Below the pieces are notes generated by a model. That model was given only the letters and a program-made list of their open reading frames with translations, made no database searches and had not been told where the DNA came from. Of a stretch of 64,000 nucleotides of DNA, positions 14,101-28,100 are shown piece by piece (position 1 is the stretch's first letter; each line of letters begins with the position of its first letter). Source of the stretch: Ylistrum balloti (taxonomy: Eukaryota); NCBI RefSeq assembly GCF_031769215.1, contig NW_026782295.1, forward strand, positions 310,001 through 374,000, written 5' to 3'. The translations under genes and the position numbers were made by a program.

Positions 14101-16074
14101 AAGACCTTGTAATTTTGTCTTACTCTCAGTAAGACCTTGGAATTCTGTCTTACTCTCAGTACGACCTTTGGATTTTGTCTTGCTCTCAGTAAGACCTTGG
14201 GATTTTGTCTGTCCTTTGACCTGGTGATCATATGATATTGTCTAACTGTAGGTAGGACCTATCCATAAAACTTTTGTCTATCAGTAAAACCTGGTTTGAT
14301 TCCTATACCACTATCTAAAATTCTTGAGTAATTAGTTTTTAAAAAAAAAATGCTAAGGTAATGATTTTTCATACTTGTGTATGTCATATTTATATGAAAT
14401 CTTGTTTCAGATGTAAAGGTGCTGTGGTGATGGTATCAGCTGGCTCCTGTGATAAAATTACTCCATTGACAACTGTATATTCTGCTACCAAGGTACTTAG
14501 GCTGTAATAAATAATTCCATAGACAAAAGTCAAATCCAGCTGCTGCTGAGGTAATCAGGCTCTGATCAAAGTTTCTTCAATGACAAACAATTCATTTGCT
14601 GCCAAGGTAACTTGGCAAGACACACCTTCAATAGGTGAATTTACACAATAATTAACTGATTTTGCCACGATTTCTTAGGAAATAATTAGGTGAGAAACGA
14701 AGTCTGAAGGAGCAAATTTTTATATAGTATCATTCACAGTGCTATGAACCTTTGTAAATAACAACCTGAAAGATTAGAATTGATGACTAGAAATCCTTTA
14801 CTACAGAGTTGTGAAGGTTTGATAAAGCTAATAATAGTGACTATTATGATATTAGTTGAAGGCTACACAGAATCAGGATTCTATCATTGTGATTTTTCTG
14901 TGCCACAGAGTTTCCTGGACTACTTTGCCCGGGCTATACACTATGAGTATAAGGACCATGGGATCATCGTCCAGTCATTGATGCCTTTCTACGTCGCCAC
15001 CAGGATGACACGGTTTAGTGAAACCCTGTCTCGACCCAGCGTCATGATCCCATCAGCTACTGATTATGCTCGTCATGCTATTGCCACGCTAGGATACACA
15101 AGTCGCACAACTGGATACTTACCTCATACAATACAGGTAATATAGTGACACAAGTCGCACAACTGGATACTTACCTCATACAATACAGGTAATAGAGTGA
15201 CACAAGTCACATGACTATATACTGGCCCCATACATTACAGGTAATAGAGTGACCTCAGTCACATGACTGGATATTGACCCCATACATTACAGGTAATATA
15301 GTGACACAAGTCACATGATTGGTAATGACCCCATACATTACAGGTAATAGAGTGAACCCAGTCACATGACTGGATACTGGCCCCATACATTACAGGTGAT
15401 ATAGTAACACAAGTCACATGACTGGATACTGACCCCATACATTACAGGTGAGATAGTGACCCCAGTCACATGACTGGATACTGTCCCCATATATTACAGG
15501 TAAGATAGTGACACCAATCACACTGGCTATCAATGACATTTGTTTTTTTCCATTTGTGTAATGTATTTCAAAGCTAGTATCAGTATGCTGGTCTGTAATA
15601 TCTCAGTCAGTAGAACATCGGCCTGTGTAACCTTAGCTGAAGGTCAGAGGTGACAATTTGTGTATCTCATGAAAACAGAATAAATCTGTGATGTCATCAT
15701 TTTTTCCTTTGGAAAGACACTCCATCCTTAATGCTCTGGATGGCATGCAATGGGTCTCCTGTATGTTGTTCACTGAGATAAGGAACCGCTTCTTCAAGGA
15801 GTCTCCACCTCAAAATGGCCTTGGTTGTTCAGAACAAACAATAACAGTACTATTCAGCATGTATGTAGTGTGTTTCTGGACTGGTATCAGTACATGTATG
15901 TGTAATTAATGTGATGTGTTTCAGAGCTGGATCATCCACTGTATTCCAGACAGTCTGTGGATGTGGGGTGCCACCAGACTTAACTATGCTTTCAAACGAC
16001 AAACTGATGAACGCATCAAACGTCGTTCTCTACGACTAATGCACAGTGACCAGTCTCAGGAATCTGACTCCTGA
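8093..16074 (+). CDS. HSDL1: Hydroxysteroid dehydrogenase-like protein 1 (SDR family), 9 coding exons, 347 aa
   Basis: Exons 8093-8303, 9588-9710, 10013-10123, 11959-12017, 12345-12389, 13049-13083, 14411-14492, 14909-15136, 15925-16074; all GT-AG, phases consistent, 1044 nt. N-terminus [32 protein letters not shown] matches the characteristic HSDL1 N-terminus. SDR motifs [17 protein letters not shown]. Confidence 0.92.
13769..14210. repeat. 30-bp minisatellite, about 15 copies, in HSDL1 intron 6
   Basis: Unit GTAAGACCTTGGGATTTTGTCTTACTCTCA with period 30 from 13769 to 14189; explains the repetitive ORFs 13913-14227 and 13938-14231. Confidence 0.95.
15097..15520 (+). repeat. 52-bp tandem repeat, 8 copies, spanning the HSDL1 exon 8 / intron 8 donor
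   Basis: The unit is the last about 40 nt of exon 8 plus the first about 12 nt of the intron. GT donor-like positions at 15137 (authentic), 15189, 15241, 15293, 15344, 15396, 15448, 15500. Confidence 0.92.
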
Positions 16075-19000
16075 CAAAGCATCAATGTTATTTAGGACAA
16101 GCATTTTTTTCTAAAGATTTAAGATGAAAGTACAAACATGTTGTGTAAGATCTGTAGTACTTGGACAATCTTAAAGTGCTGATGATTTAGATATGAGATA
16201 GTTGCTTTTGCAGCACTGATTTTTCAAATTATTCATCATATTAAAGGTTTATTTAGGTCTAGTAACAAAACTTTCCTTGATGAAACCAATCTGTAGGCTT
16301 CAAAACACAATAAAATATCTTATATATTTAACTTTTCTTACAAACTTAACTGTATAAAGAAATCTTTGTACTGCACACAAAAACAACTTCAATTAGTGAT
16401 GCCGTGTTAGTTTTGAGTGATGATTTAATGTAATTGGGACTTCAGCAAATTTTCTGTTGTCTTTTATACATAATATTTATGTGTGCTTCCCTTGTATTCT
16501 TGCTATTTTCCATTACTGCCAAACAATGTAAACTTCTACTAACTATCATCCATCAGTTATATAATGCTTTTAGACATATCCATTTAATCTAATGTGGTAA
16601 CATCTCATCCATTGTACAATCAAACTAAATTATGCATATATTTTACATTTTATCAGAATCTCCAAAGTGATAATTTTGCATGAAACATCCATGGCCATTA
16701 TTATACCGAGATGGCTAATTCTGTGGTCAGTCCGAGGTCAAACTGGCTTAAAATTGAGCCAAGTTTTCAGACACAGACCAATAAAATCACTTTCTTATTA
16801 GAAGGAAAGGTCCTAAAGTGATCACATTTATCAAACTGAATTTAGTTACTCAAGACCTGATTTCTCACTTATATAAATATAAATTCAGAATATAATTATT
16901 TTGTTACTTAGTCAGTTCTAAGTTGGAGATAATTCAAGTTACAAAAATAAATCACCATTATCTCATAGTTGCATGGTTCAAGTAATCACATTGACTAATT
17001 TCAATCAACTGTAATTACTTATTTTCCTTGTGATAGGGTTTGAATGGTACGATAAATGCTGACGTGTTTTATATATATATATATATAGATCATGTCAACC
17101 AACTTATCTTCATTATCAAAATATGATAATTCAATATAAAGTAATACTTTTGTAAATAATGTAATTATATAATTAACCAACATTCCTCCTGCAGAACATA
17201 AATGTTTCAACAGCTAATGGCATAGTTTCATTGCAAGATAACATTTTTATCTTATTTATGACCGCTTAGCAAGTTTGTTGTGTTAGTTAAGCCGTAATTT
17301 ATTTTTTTTTGTGTACTTATCGTTAACAACTCAAAGCTTGTTGACCAGAAGCGGGTCAGTCTAAATGAGATATCAGTAGTTTCATTATAAGATATCTCCA
17401 TGGGCCATTACTGTACCTGGTGTGACTGTGGTGATATTAACAATACATTTATACCTGTCATGTTTTTAAAACAATTTCATTTAAATTTATGTATATTTTA
17501 TTTGATTTACTTTTTATTACACCAGGTCTTTCAATCTTCATTTTTAGCCATCTTGTTTTCTGCTCATCTAGAGTCTAAAGTGTCACATGGTTTTGTTTTC
17601 GTATTCAACACATCTAAAACATTTAGTCTGGGTGCATGTAATGTACCCATATCATCTTTTAAAGTGAAATATGAAAAATTGTTCTGAGTTTTAGTACCTC
17701 ATTATTGATTGAAATATTTCTGTGTGATGACTGAATGGTTGTGATGATGAATGAAACAAAATGTACATGTACTGAATATGTTTGTTCGTCCTTGCTAACT
17801 TTCTCTATTTAAGAGAGAGTGTTCAAGTTTTGGTCCAAATTTTAGACATAAATGATCTGGTCATCTTCTTAATTAATAATTTCAAAAATCCAATTAGTCT
17901 AAATGAACGAATTATATTTGTGTGTTTAATACATTAGTTTGTCAAAACCAGATATAAAATTAATATTTCTGAGGCTTATAACGTTTTATAGTTTCAATCT
18001 CCCCATAGGACTAACAAATAGCTAACAAACACCAGATTTTTGATCGTCCTTATCAGACAAGTCGATGACAGAACTGTTGTTTTCAGCTAAACATGCTTCC
18101 CCAGAGTCAACAACACTAAATTAACATTGTCAGATTTATGTATCAAATGTATTAAAGTAGAGGCTTGAACATTGATGAATAAACTTTTCAATTGATATTG
18201 ATGTTTATATTTTTTGTTATCATACAAATAGTATTTATGTAAAGAGGTGTTGTGAGCATATGCCTTGGTGTACTGTCAACATGATTTTTTTTTCTAAATA
18301 TTTTTTCTGCATAACCAAGGGACCATCGGTCATATTTTGTCCCCGACATTCGAAGGAATGGGGGTATCTCCTTCACCAGTTTTCAAGTTCAGATGTGTTA
18401 AAATCTGTAAACCATTTGACTAAAGAGATCAAAGATCGATTTCAGATCAAGATATCAAAGGATACAAAATCTTCTATATGACCATGTTAATTTTCTTCAA
18501 TCTTCCATGTAGACCCTCTGAATGTTTCCAGTAAGGCCAATAACAGAGCTGAAGGTGTGGCAACTAATTTTGTATGTTTACACTTCTTGTTTTAAGTGTA
18601 GTAAATAATGTTAACCTTAATTAAGAGGTCCGGGGTCTTGATATTTGTCTTTGCTAGACTAATTAGGATCTTGACTCCCTTTGAAAGCTGCTAGAACATC
18701 ATGAGCTCAAATCTGTAGAGGATTTCATTATCTATCATCTTACAGCCTTGGTGTTGATACTGGCCACACACTGAAGGGTTCAGCAATCAGCCCAGGATGT
18801 CAGTATAACGTGTAGATAACATGACGAGGACTTAAACATACAGGAAAAGACATTTCCTTCAATAATACACTCACACTTCTAAAACAAATCAAGATTTGAC
18901 CTTGATTGTCACCTTCTGTCCAATCCTCTAAAATGACTGAAGCTATTATAATAGATATACATGGAGAGTACAAAAATATTAGCAGTATTTTTGTGAGGAT

Positions 19001-22000
19001 GATGGAGAGTCAAATATGCAAGCCAATAAGCCTATGGCTGATCATAAGCCCCACGATCATCACACAAAAGAAACAAGGATGTATCATTGTACACTTCCCT
19101 ACACAGAATTGGTGTGTTTATTGTTCTCTTGGCTTGCAGGATTAATACATTATTCAATCACTAAGGCATCAATTAACCATCACAAATTAACTGTTGATGA
19201 AACAAAACAGTTTCAATCCAATTCCAAAGACGTTTTGAGTGACTGTCACATCAACTTTCACTAGTAAGGGTTCATCATGCATTTGCAGAAAGTAAAACAG
19301 GAAAAATGTAGTTAAACAATTTTCTTTTAATTTAATCTTAATTCTTTACATGGATTTCAACTTCTTGCTTTGAAGATAATTAATTAACCTGTTAATTGCT
19401 TGTTACAATTTGTAATCAATTCTAATATTTCCAAATATTTCTGAATATTAATATTGTTAGTTTTGCATATCAATATTACATTTCAACTGATAGTGTAAAC
19501 AAAACAGGACAACAGGTAATTTCATCGTCAAATGATCCCTTGTAAACTCGCTAAAGGTCATGTTATTGTAACTTTAGAAAAATAATTGACAAATTCCGAA
19601 GTAAATGTGCTACCAAATACAGCAACCACTCGTTGTGTAACCTCTATATATAAAACAAAAGCTGTACAAATCAAAGCAAGGCATTCTTTCACACTTGATT
19701 TATTTCCATAAGCCGATTTGTTATCCTATAGAACACCATTACAAATTTCATTACCTTGATACACGTACAAATGTATATCACAACAAACATACATTAATAA
19801 AGAACATGTTAATTTTATAATCAATTATCTCCAATTTGTTTCAGGAATTGCAGGTCAGGATAAATCTACCCTGATGGGAATGTGTTATACATCAGTCGTA
19901 CTCTGTTTATACCGTGTAACCCTCTAAAGTAACACAGGATTAACCACAACATCTCAATCACCATTTATATTACTTAAACACAATAACACAATCAACAAGA
20001 AGGGAAATATTCTCCACAATTTGATGAAATGACCATTCAATGATGTATCTGACTGTAAGTAAAAAATGTACATATTTCACAAATATTACAACAAGGCTTG
20101 ACATTATTAATTAGATTAATAGGTAACAACACTTTAAAGCATAATTCATAATTTGTTCAGTTGTGTCATGATGTTTGATATGCATTCAATCATTCCTCAG
20201 ACAGACATTTCAGGCATTCAAAGATCTATAGCCCTAGTGGCAGTTAAGTCTTCAAAACAGCATGTGTAGATAAAAGGATGAGGTCACAACAATTACAAAT
20301 TAGAAAGAATAATGGAATTTATTTATCATTTTTGTGTTCAGATTTTGAAATTACTAATGATACAAGAATCAATACCTACATGTAACCATTATGATGGTGA
20401 AGAAATATTCTGGATTTTGGCTCATTCATATAAACCCTAGTTTATATATGGTTTGTTAACCAGGTGTATTTCAAACATAAATCTGCTTTAACACCGAAAT
20501 TCCCCCTCAGATTGAATTTTGATTTAGAGAATAAAAAATATTACCAGCCCAACAAATTTACATTTCATATTATCTTGTTTTAAAGACATTACTTTAAAAC
20601 TACATAAAGTATACTGTCAAAGTGGTAATGTGGGAAAAACTTACAAATCAATGCCAATTATAACCTAGTACTGACAGCATATACAACTGTTGGCTATGTC
20701 TGGTTGGAATGTGAAAATACATAGACATTGTTACAGTCTGTTAGGAAACTATACAAAGTAAACATGAAGAGATTTCTGATATCAGTAATACCTAGTAATG
20801 AAAAGGCAGATGCTAATAAATTTGAAATTATCTAGCTGTACCCAAACATTTCAACTGATTGTCAATATAATGCTGATGAAGCAAGAGGTCCCACCCCTTC
20901 CAACTCAGGTAGCGGAGACCCTGCGTTTATACAAAATTTGTTCTCCAAGGATGCTTCTGACCTAATTGTGTAAAAATGACCAGAAGTGATTTGTAAAAAA
21001 AGTTGACTGATGGGCGTGGACGACGCAAGTTCATTGGTTCTTCAGACCAAGTGAGCTAAACACAAGTTGACTGGAATTCTTCAAATTCTTCACAAGATCC
21101 TGAGACTTTGTTATCCTGAACAGTGCTTTTTTTATTCTAATCTATGTATTATACAAATTATCATATAAAAGAGAAAATGTGATATAAACACAAATACTTT
21201 CTAATATTTCCACAAATTTTTTCAAAACTTGCACAATATTGCATACCCTTTTTGACATGGATAATTTGTAATCTGATTAAGCATTAGGAAGTATTAGTCT
21301 GTTCCAACTACCTACAACTCTGTTAATACATAACATTTCTCCACAACATCAATACTGTTCATAATTTTGTAGACTTGAACAATGTCTGCTTGCTTCCTTC
21401 TATATTACAGTACTGGTATACTGCCCATTTCTGATATACATTCAGTCAGAGTCTGTACTATGTATGAGGAATGACATCTGTACTGGTTGATTTCCAGTTT
21501 TTGATTGACGTTCAGTCTGAGTCTGTACTGTATCAATTACAAATTAATATTTTTATTTCTGCACATCCATTGATTGATAACAAGTCATTTATGATTCATG
21601 TCGGAGATTTAAGTCAAAGTATGACTAGTCCTAATTAAAATTTTAAGATTACTGAAGAAAAATTTACAACAGTTTCTGACAGGAAAAATTTACATGTAAT
21701 ACAGTGCAATTAGTTAGTTGACAACAATATTTAGAGACTGCAGTCTACTTCAGAGGCTCGTCAGTGTAAATGTAAATACTGTTACTTAGATCCCTTTCAA
21801 TCACTTCTGGTATCTAAATCCAGATTTGTGATCTCGTGAGCAGGTTTAACGAGGACAAATTCACGTTGAGTACATAACACTAGGCCTCAATGATTCCAAA
21901 ACACTGGACAAATAAGAGCAAATAAATGAATGTGTTAATAAGTTGCAGTGCTAGTAAAAAATACTGATTAATAAATAACTAGTTTTTGAACACCAATTAC

Positions 22001-22177
22001 AAAGAACCCAGCAAGTACTGGTCATGGTCCCATGTGAGATATAAAAAAATTACTATAATAATTGATTACATTGTTTCATGCACAAAATGTAAATGATTAC
22101 AAAAATAAAATATGAAAAAATTCAAGTGTTGCTTAATTAGTTACATAACAATATTGAAGCCTCTTTGCTTTCTTTCT

Positions 22178-25100
22178 CTATTCTTTCTTTTGCTGAGCAA
22201 TCTTCTTAAAGGCTTGGACTCTGGCGGTGTTCAAGATCTTGAAGGACATCAATGAAGTAAACCATAATGGTAAGGCATTGGTGATATAGCCCTGTCAACA
22301 AACCAACATACAATAGTTCTGACACATATATGATTGTGTTGGGGAGTTCTGTTACTCAAATGATCTAATTTACATGTGTAAGATATTAATTGTTCTAGAA
22401 AAGACACTTATTTTAAGAGTAGAATGTTTCTACAACTGGATTCACTGAATGCTGTAAAATCGTGCATCTTTGTGGGCCTTTATTTTTGTGTTAAATAAGA
22501 AGAAATGACTTCCACAAAATGATATATCATATTATTTTTTCATGTCATCATGACACAAATAATGGCCATACTGAGTCGCTAAATGCTAGAATTTACAAGA
22601 GAGATATCAAATCCAGTAGCAATTCTGATATTCTGATTGGTGTCTTTTACAGATAAACAAGATTACCAGTAGATTATGGCTCCAGAAACCATTGGTACGG
22701 TTTGTCACACCGATGAGACTCAGGGCTGATCTAACAAAGGTGTCTGGGTTAGGAACCATCAAACTAGCCTTTCTTATCTTACTCATCTTGGTTGTCACAA
22801 AGTTTGGCATCACCGACTGGAAAAAAACATAACAAGAACTGTAAATATGAGAATATTTGAAAACACCTGTCAAGACCTCTATACAAAACTCCAACATGTA
22901 AAAGTAAAAAACAATAACTGTTGAAAACTAGAACTTGAAATGCTCAAAAACATGGCAAAAATTTTTAAAATAATAATCATTTGTTCAATTTGGCTTAATA
23001 GTGTAACTACATCATATAATATATAATAGTATCTATTTAAAAAATCAGCATTCTAAATCCATTATCAACTACATGACAACACACTAAGGAGAGATACATG
23101 CAAAAACTAAACACTGGAAAAATGACCTATTCCCAAATAAACACCAAAAATTAGCCTTTGGTAAAACAAAGAAAAACCTGTATCACACATTTTATGGTAC
23201 TGGTCAATAAAGGTGTTAACCAAATTTCAAGTCTATTGGATGCTCTGAAAATAGCTATTTCTAAAAAAAACACTTGCTTCACAATAGTGTAATATAAAGT
23301 TAAATCTTTATATGGATGTCCCATTCACAGTCCATGTATATATATTATAGTGACACAGGGTGTAACTCCCGAGACGGCAAAACTAAACCAATTTTTTGTT
23401 CAATGATGATTTTTGATATTCTAGGGTCTGCAGATCTTAGTAACACAAGCATTGCCTTGAAGAGAAATGTTTTATCTTTCCACGTATGGTTTTATTTCAA
23501 GTTTATTATGTGACAGGTTCATAACAGGCAAGATGTGCAAAAGAAAAAAATTTTTCAAGAGTCATGAAAGTTCGTTAAAAAATACTGTCTAATTTGCAAG
23601 GCTAGCAGTACTCTAAATGAATTTTCATTGGCTAGAATGTACATACATTCAGCCAATTACAATACAACACTCGATTCATGTGTTGCATCAGCACTGAGTC
23701 ATGATAATGGGCTAATGAAATGTATTGAAAGTAGGCTATTAATTTAATTTGAAAGTATGAGTATTTATAAAAAAGTGAATTAAATACATCTTAAAAAAAT
23801 CGAAGTTGAATGCACTTCCAGCATCAATTTCAATCTCTAGACTATTGAAGAGAGTGGCAAGACTTATAGACAGCAGACAGCATATACAATGTATATTACC
23901 TGGACAATGATGCCTTTGGAACCATATTCCTTATCCATACACACGGAGAAGTAGTCCACGTATGCCTAAAAATGTAATCAATGGATAATATATTCATACG
24001 CCTGCGTATACCTAGAAAAGTAGTCCATGTACGCCTAAAAATGTTATCAATGGATAATATATTCATACGCCTGAGTACACCTAGAAAAGTAGTCCATGTA
24101 CGCCTAAAAATGTTATCAATGGATAATATATTCATACGCCTGAGTACACATAGAAAAGTAGTCCACATAAGCATGAAAGTGTTATCATTAGACAATAAAT
24201 TGATCCTGTGAATTCACACGCTGAGGTAATCAAATTATACCAGAAAGTGTTATCATAACACTATTATTTACTTTACTAGCTTCATGTGATCAAATAACTT
24301 TTAAAAATTGAGGTTTTTGTTTCTGAAAATGTAAAAGACTTCATTAAATATGGTTCACCTACTATAGGTTTGATATGTTTATTAAATAAATCACATCAAA
24401 TAAAACAATCAAACATCAGAGGAAAACAGTCCCTTTAGAAATTTCCGTACGACATAAGTGATTATATCAGGCTTAATACAAGGAGTGATATGGCCATAAC
24501 ACCATACACAATACTACATCTAGATTTTAAAAGGAACATATTGGTAAAATTTTATTAGAGACATGTTCTTCAGAATCTATGACCCCTCTGTATATCCATA
24601 AGATAAGGACAAGATCCTGATTGTTGATGCACATTGACTTCCTACATGATTGGATTTTGTAAAACAGATTAATTATAAATACCTTAGCAGCAGCATACAC
24701 TCCCAAGAGGGGCGTGGGTTTCATCCCAGAAGCAGACGACAAATTGACAATAACTCCCTTCTTCTTAGTCACCATCTGTGGCATCACAATACTTGTCATC
24801 TATTAAAAAGAAATTCTGTGTTAAGTTCAATTAATACCACAACAATTATAAAAGTACATTCTTCTGTAGATATTTTCTGTTCTTTAATCCTGTTCTGAGA
24901 TAATAAAACTCTATTTCTCAAGAGGACCTGAAGATTTTCATATCTATATCAATCTAACTCTCAAAAATTTGTTAGCTGTCAATACCTTCAGTCTTCATTA
25001 AATGTGTGTTAATTGATAATAAAACTCACTTGTAATATCATTATTCTATGTGTTGAAAGTTTGTCACAAAGTTTTTAACGGGATGTTGACTGAATGAACC

Positions 25101-28100
25101 ATCAAGGTGATGGACTGTATTGTAACACTACCAAAAGATCTTTATCCTTTTAATTTCAACTCTTGAATACCTTTTGGAATATGAAATTTCCCCAGATAAG
25201 AGATAACATCTTTCCTCTTTATTCCACTGTCATATTGTCTATTCACTGAGGAATAATGTATCAACTATCTAAATTTCCTTGTTTCAAATTATCCGTTCTA
25301 TACATCAGAAATAATGCTAACAAAATAAAAAATAACATGTGATTGGCCTGACTAAAAGTAGATGAAAGTTTGGATTTGGATCTAATTCGAAAGGCTGCTG
25401 TTAATTTCTAAGACAACTAAATGTATCTAGTTTATGCAACCTAGTAACTAGTCAGAAATATCATAAATTTACAGTTTGTATTGTGTATTGGTCATTATAG
25501 CATGCTCTCATGAATAGGATTAAGGGTTTGTTGTTTCTGGAGTTTTATGTTACTGGCTGTTGTTGATCTAGGTTTTATATGTTGATGATTTCTGAAATTT
25601 CACAAACAAATCATTTTACTTACCATTGTCACTGAGGTGATATTAACGTTAATTAAGTCAACAAATTTCTGAAATATAAAATTGGAAAAACAAATAAGTC
25701 AATTAGTCAGGATACAATATAGACTAAAATTATCAATGATCCAAAGAACTAACGAGAAACAAAGTGAAATCCTAAAGTCAGGTTACTTTACAGCTGGGTC
25801 CTATAGGTACAGTTGGATTGTACCTGTGTTTATGGTATCTCGTTGTTTGTAATTAGTGAATACTTTAATGACTTCTGTAAAGATAACATTTTACCTTGTC
25901 TCTGTCTGGGACCTCATGCAGAAATGCTGGGAAGTCATAGCCTAGCCCCACATTGTTAACTGGAATAAAATATATCAGAGATAGCAGAGTGGCACAAGTT
26001 TTGTCCAGTATTACCAAATAGTGTCTTCACATATTAGTAATGTGTCTGGTTTCAGGGCTCTCACACCCCATTTTGGGACTGGGGCCCGAGGCCACTAGAA
26101 TTGGGAAAAATAATGGTGTTTTCCTTAGAATTTGGAAAACTTGGGGTCTAAATTGGGAAAAAAGATACTATTTTGCATTGGGAATGGGGCCGAATATCGG
26201 CCCCAAATCTGGCAGATCGAGAGCCCTGGGTTTCCACATTTTTTTTAATAAAATAGGAATACTTAACAGACAGATAAAATTCAACACATTACCAAACATA
26301 ATAGGTATAATACTTACATATGTAAGATTGTATATTGAAAGCTGTAAACTCACGTTTCACATTGAAATATAACCATAGAAATACAAATTCACAATAAAAA
26401 TGTTCACACTGGACTGACAACCATGTTAACATTATTAATTAAATGTTCAGTCCTTAACAAAAGAGAAATTGTAACTTACTCAGAACTCCTATGTCAAGTC
26501 CCTCTAAAGATTTACTTATATCAGGGTAGATCGCAGCTCCCTGGGAAAAGTCTGCTACTATGATCTTTGTCTTCACATGAAACCTGGATTCTAAACGAAA
26601 TTTTAAAAAATTGATAAACAAATGAAAAAAGCATCAAAGATTTAAGGCAAATACTAGTACTTATGTGCCCTTCCTCTGGATAAATGACAGTTATGTGAAG
26701 CTTTCAATAATATTGGTCTGGTAGACACTGTAAAAGGGACATAACTCAATTTACACTAAAATGGTTCTGATCAAACACATTACATATTTATTACTGTCAC
26801 TCACTCATTCAGAAATGCTTCTCTATTATGGTGTAAATGAAATCCTTTACAACAAACTTACAACATTTTATTCTGATATATCAGTGACAAATAATAATAT
26901 TTTACTTACCTAGGTATTATATATCACATATTTATATTAAATCATATTATATTTATATTATATCATATTATATTTATATTATATAATAATATTATTTGTC
27001 CTTTTAGATTCACATTTGAGAAATAACTTACCGATGTCATTAGCTAAGGCTTGTAGCTTTGATTCAGTACGACTGATTAAAACAAGATCCATCCCTTTCT
27101 TAGCTATCTACAAAGATATAAATAATACACATTTGTTTACACAGCTCAAAAAAGACATCAAAAAAACTTATAACCTTAACATTATATTAAATGGAATTCT
27201 CAGGACATTTTGAAATCGCTAGCACCTTGATACTGTAAAACATTCATACAAGGATCCTAGAGGAATCTTGGCACCCACCATCAATGGATCTTAATTTTGT
27301 CCTTAAAAAATTATATCTTTTCCTTTTTCTACTCTAATTTTACTCTTAATTAAAGGAAATTAAAAAAAATCTTCTTCAGAAAAATTGATGATAATCTTTA
27401 ACCACCCTTTTGTTTCTCTGATCATTGCAATCCCAAATTAAATATCACAACTAGGGGCTAAGGGGAACCTATATTTTTTTTTAGTCATTTTTTCCCTATG
27501 ATCTGTTTCCAAATGTACAATGTAAAACAATGGAGTAAAGCAAACCACATATCAAACCAGAGAATGATATTTTCAGTGCTTCTCCAGCGATGAGAAGAAT
27601 TGTTTAAGGATGGATACAAATGAGGGACAAAGGACAATTTAGTTAATTAGCTCACCTTCGGATGACAATGGGCTGACAAAAAAACACCTCTCAAAATTCC
27701 ACATTTCAATAAAAGTTTGAGTAAGAAATATAATGAAAAATAAAGAAGATGTACCTGAGCAGATCACTTAAGTCATTAAATTAACTATTCCTTACTGGTC
27801 AAGCATCAACCATCAACCAGTTAGTAAACGAAAAAGATTTCTTTTTTGATGGACACACTGAGTGCTACAAGTCAACATGATACATCAGTACTAGGATTTT
27901 ATAAATTTTTCCATAGGCAAGAAATCCAATATCAGTATGTTTAGTTACATTTTATATCCTTAAAACAGGATAATACACATAAATGTCATATACATGTATT
28001 TCGTATGTTATCAGTCTCGTGAGTCTGTCTTGACTTACCTGCTCTGTGTATGACTTCCCTATACCATCTGTGCAGCCAGTTACAACTAAAACAACAATAT

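Noticed and set aside
13913-14231. Repetitive ORFs ([10 protein letters not shown] / [10 protein letters not shown])
   Set aside because: They are by-products of a 30-bp (multiple-of-3) intronic minisatellite, with no independent splice or start context.
18620-19290. Minus-strand protein-like fragments (FLQMHDEPLLVKVDVTVTQNVFGIGLKL...)
   Set aside because: Multiple stops in all frames and no identifiable family; a translated search would be needed before calling a pseudogene.
23896-24211. ORFs 23896-24195 and 23981-24211
   Set aside because: They are alternative frames through the 69-bp repeat and HSD17B12 exon 8.
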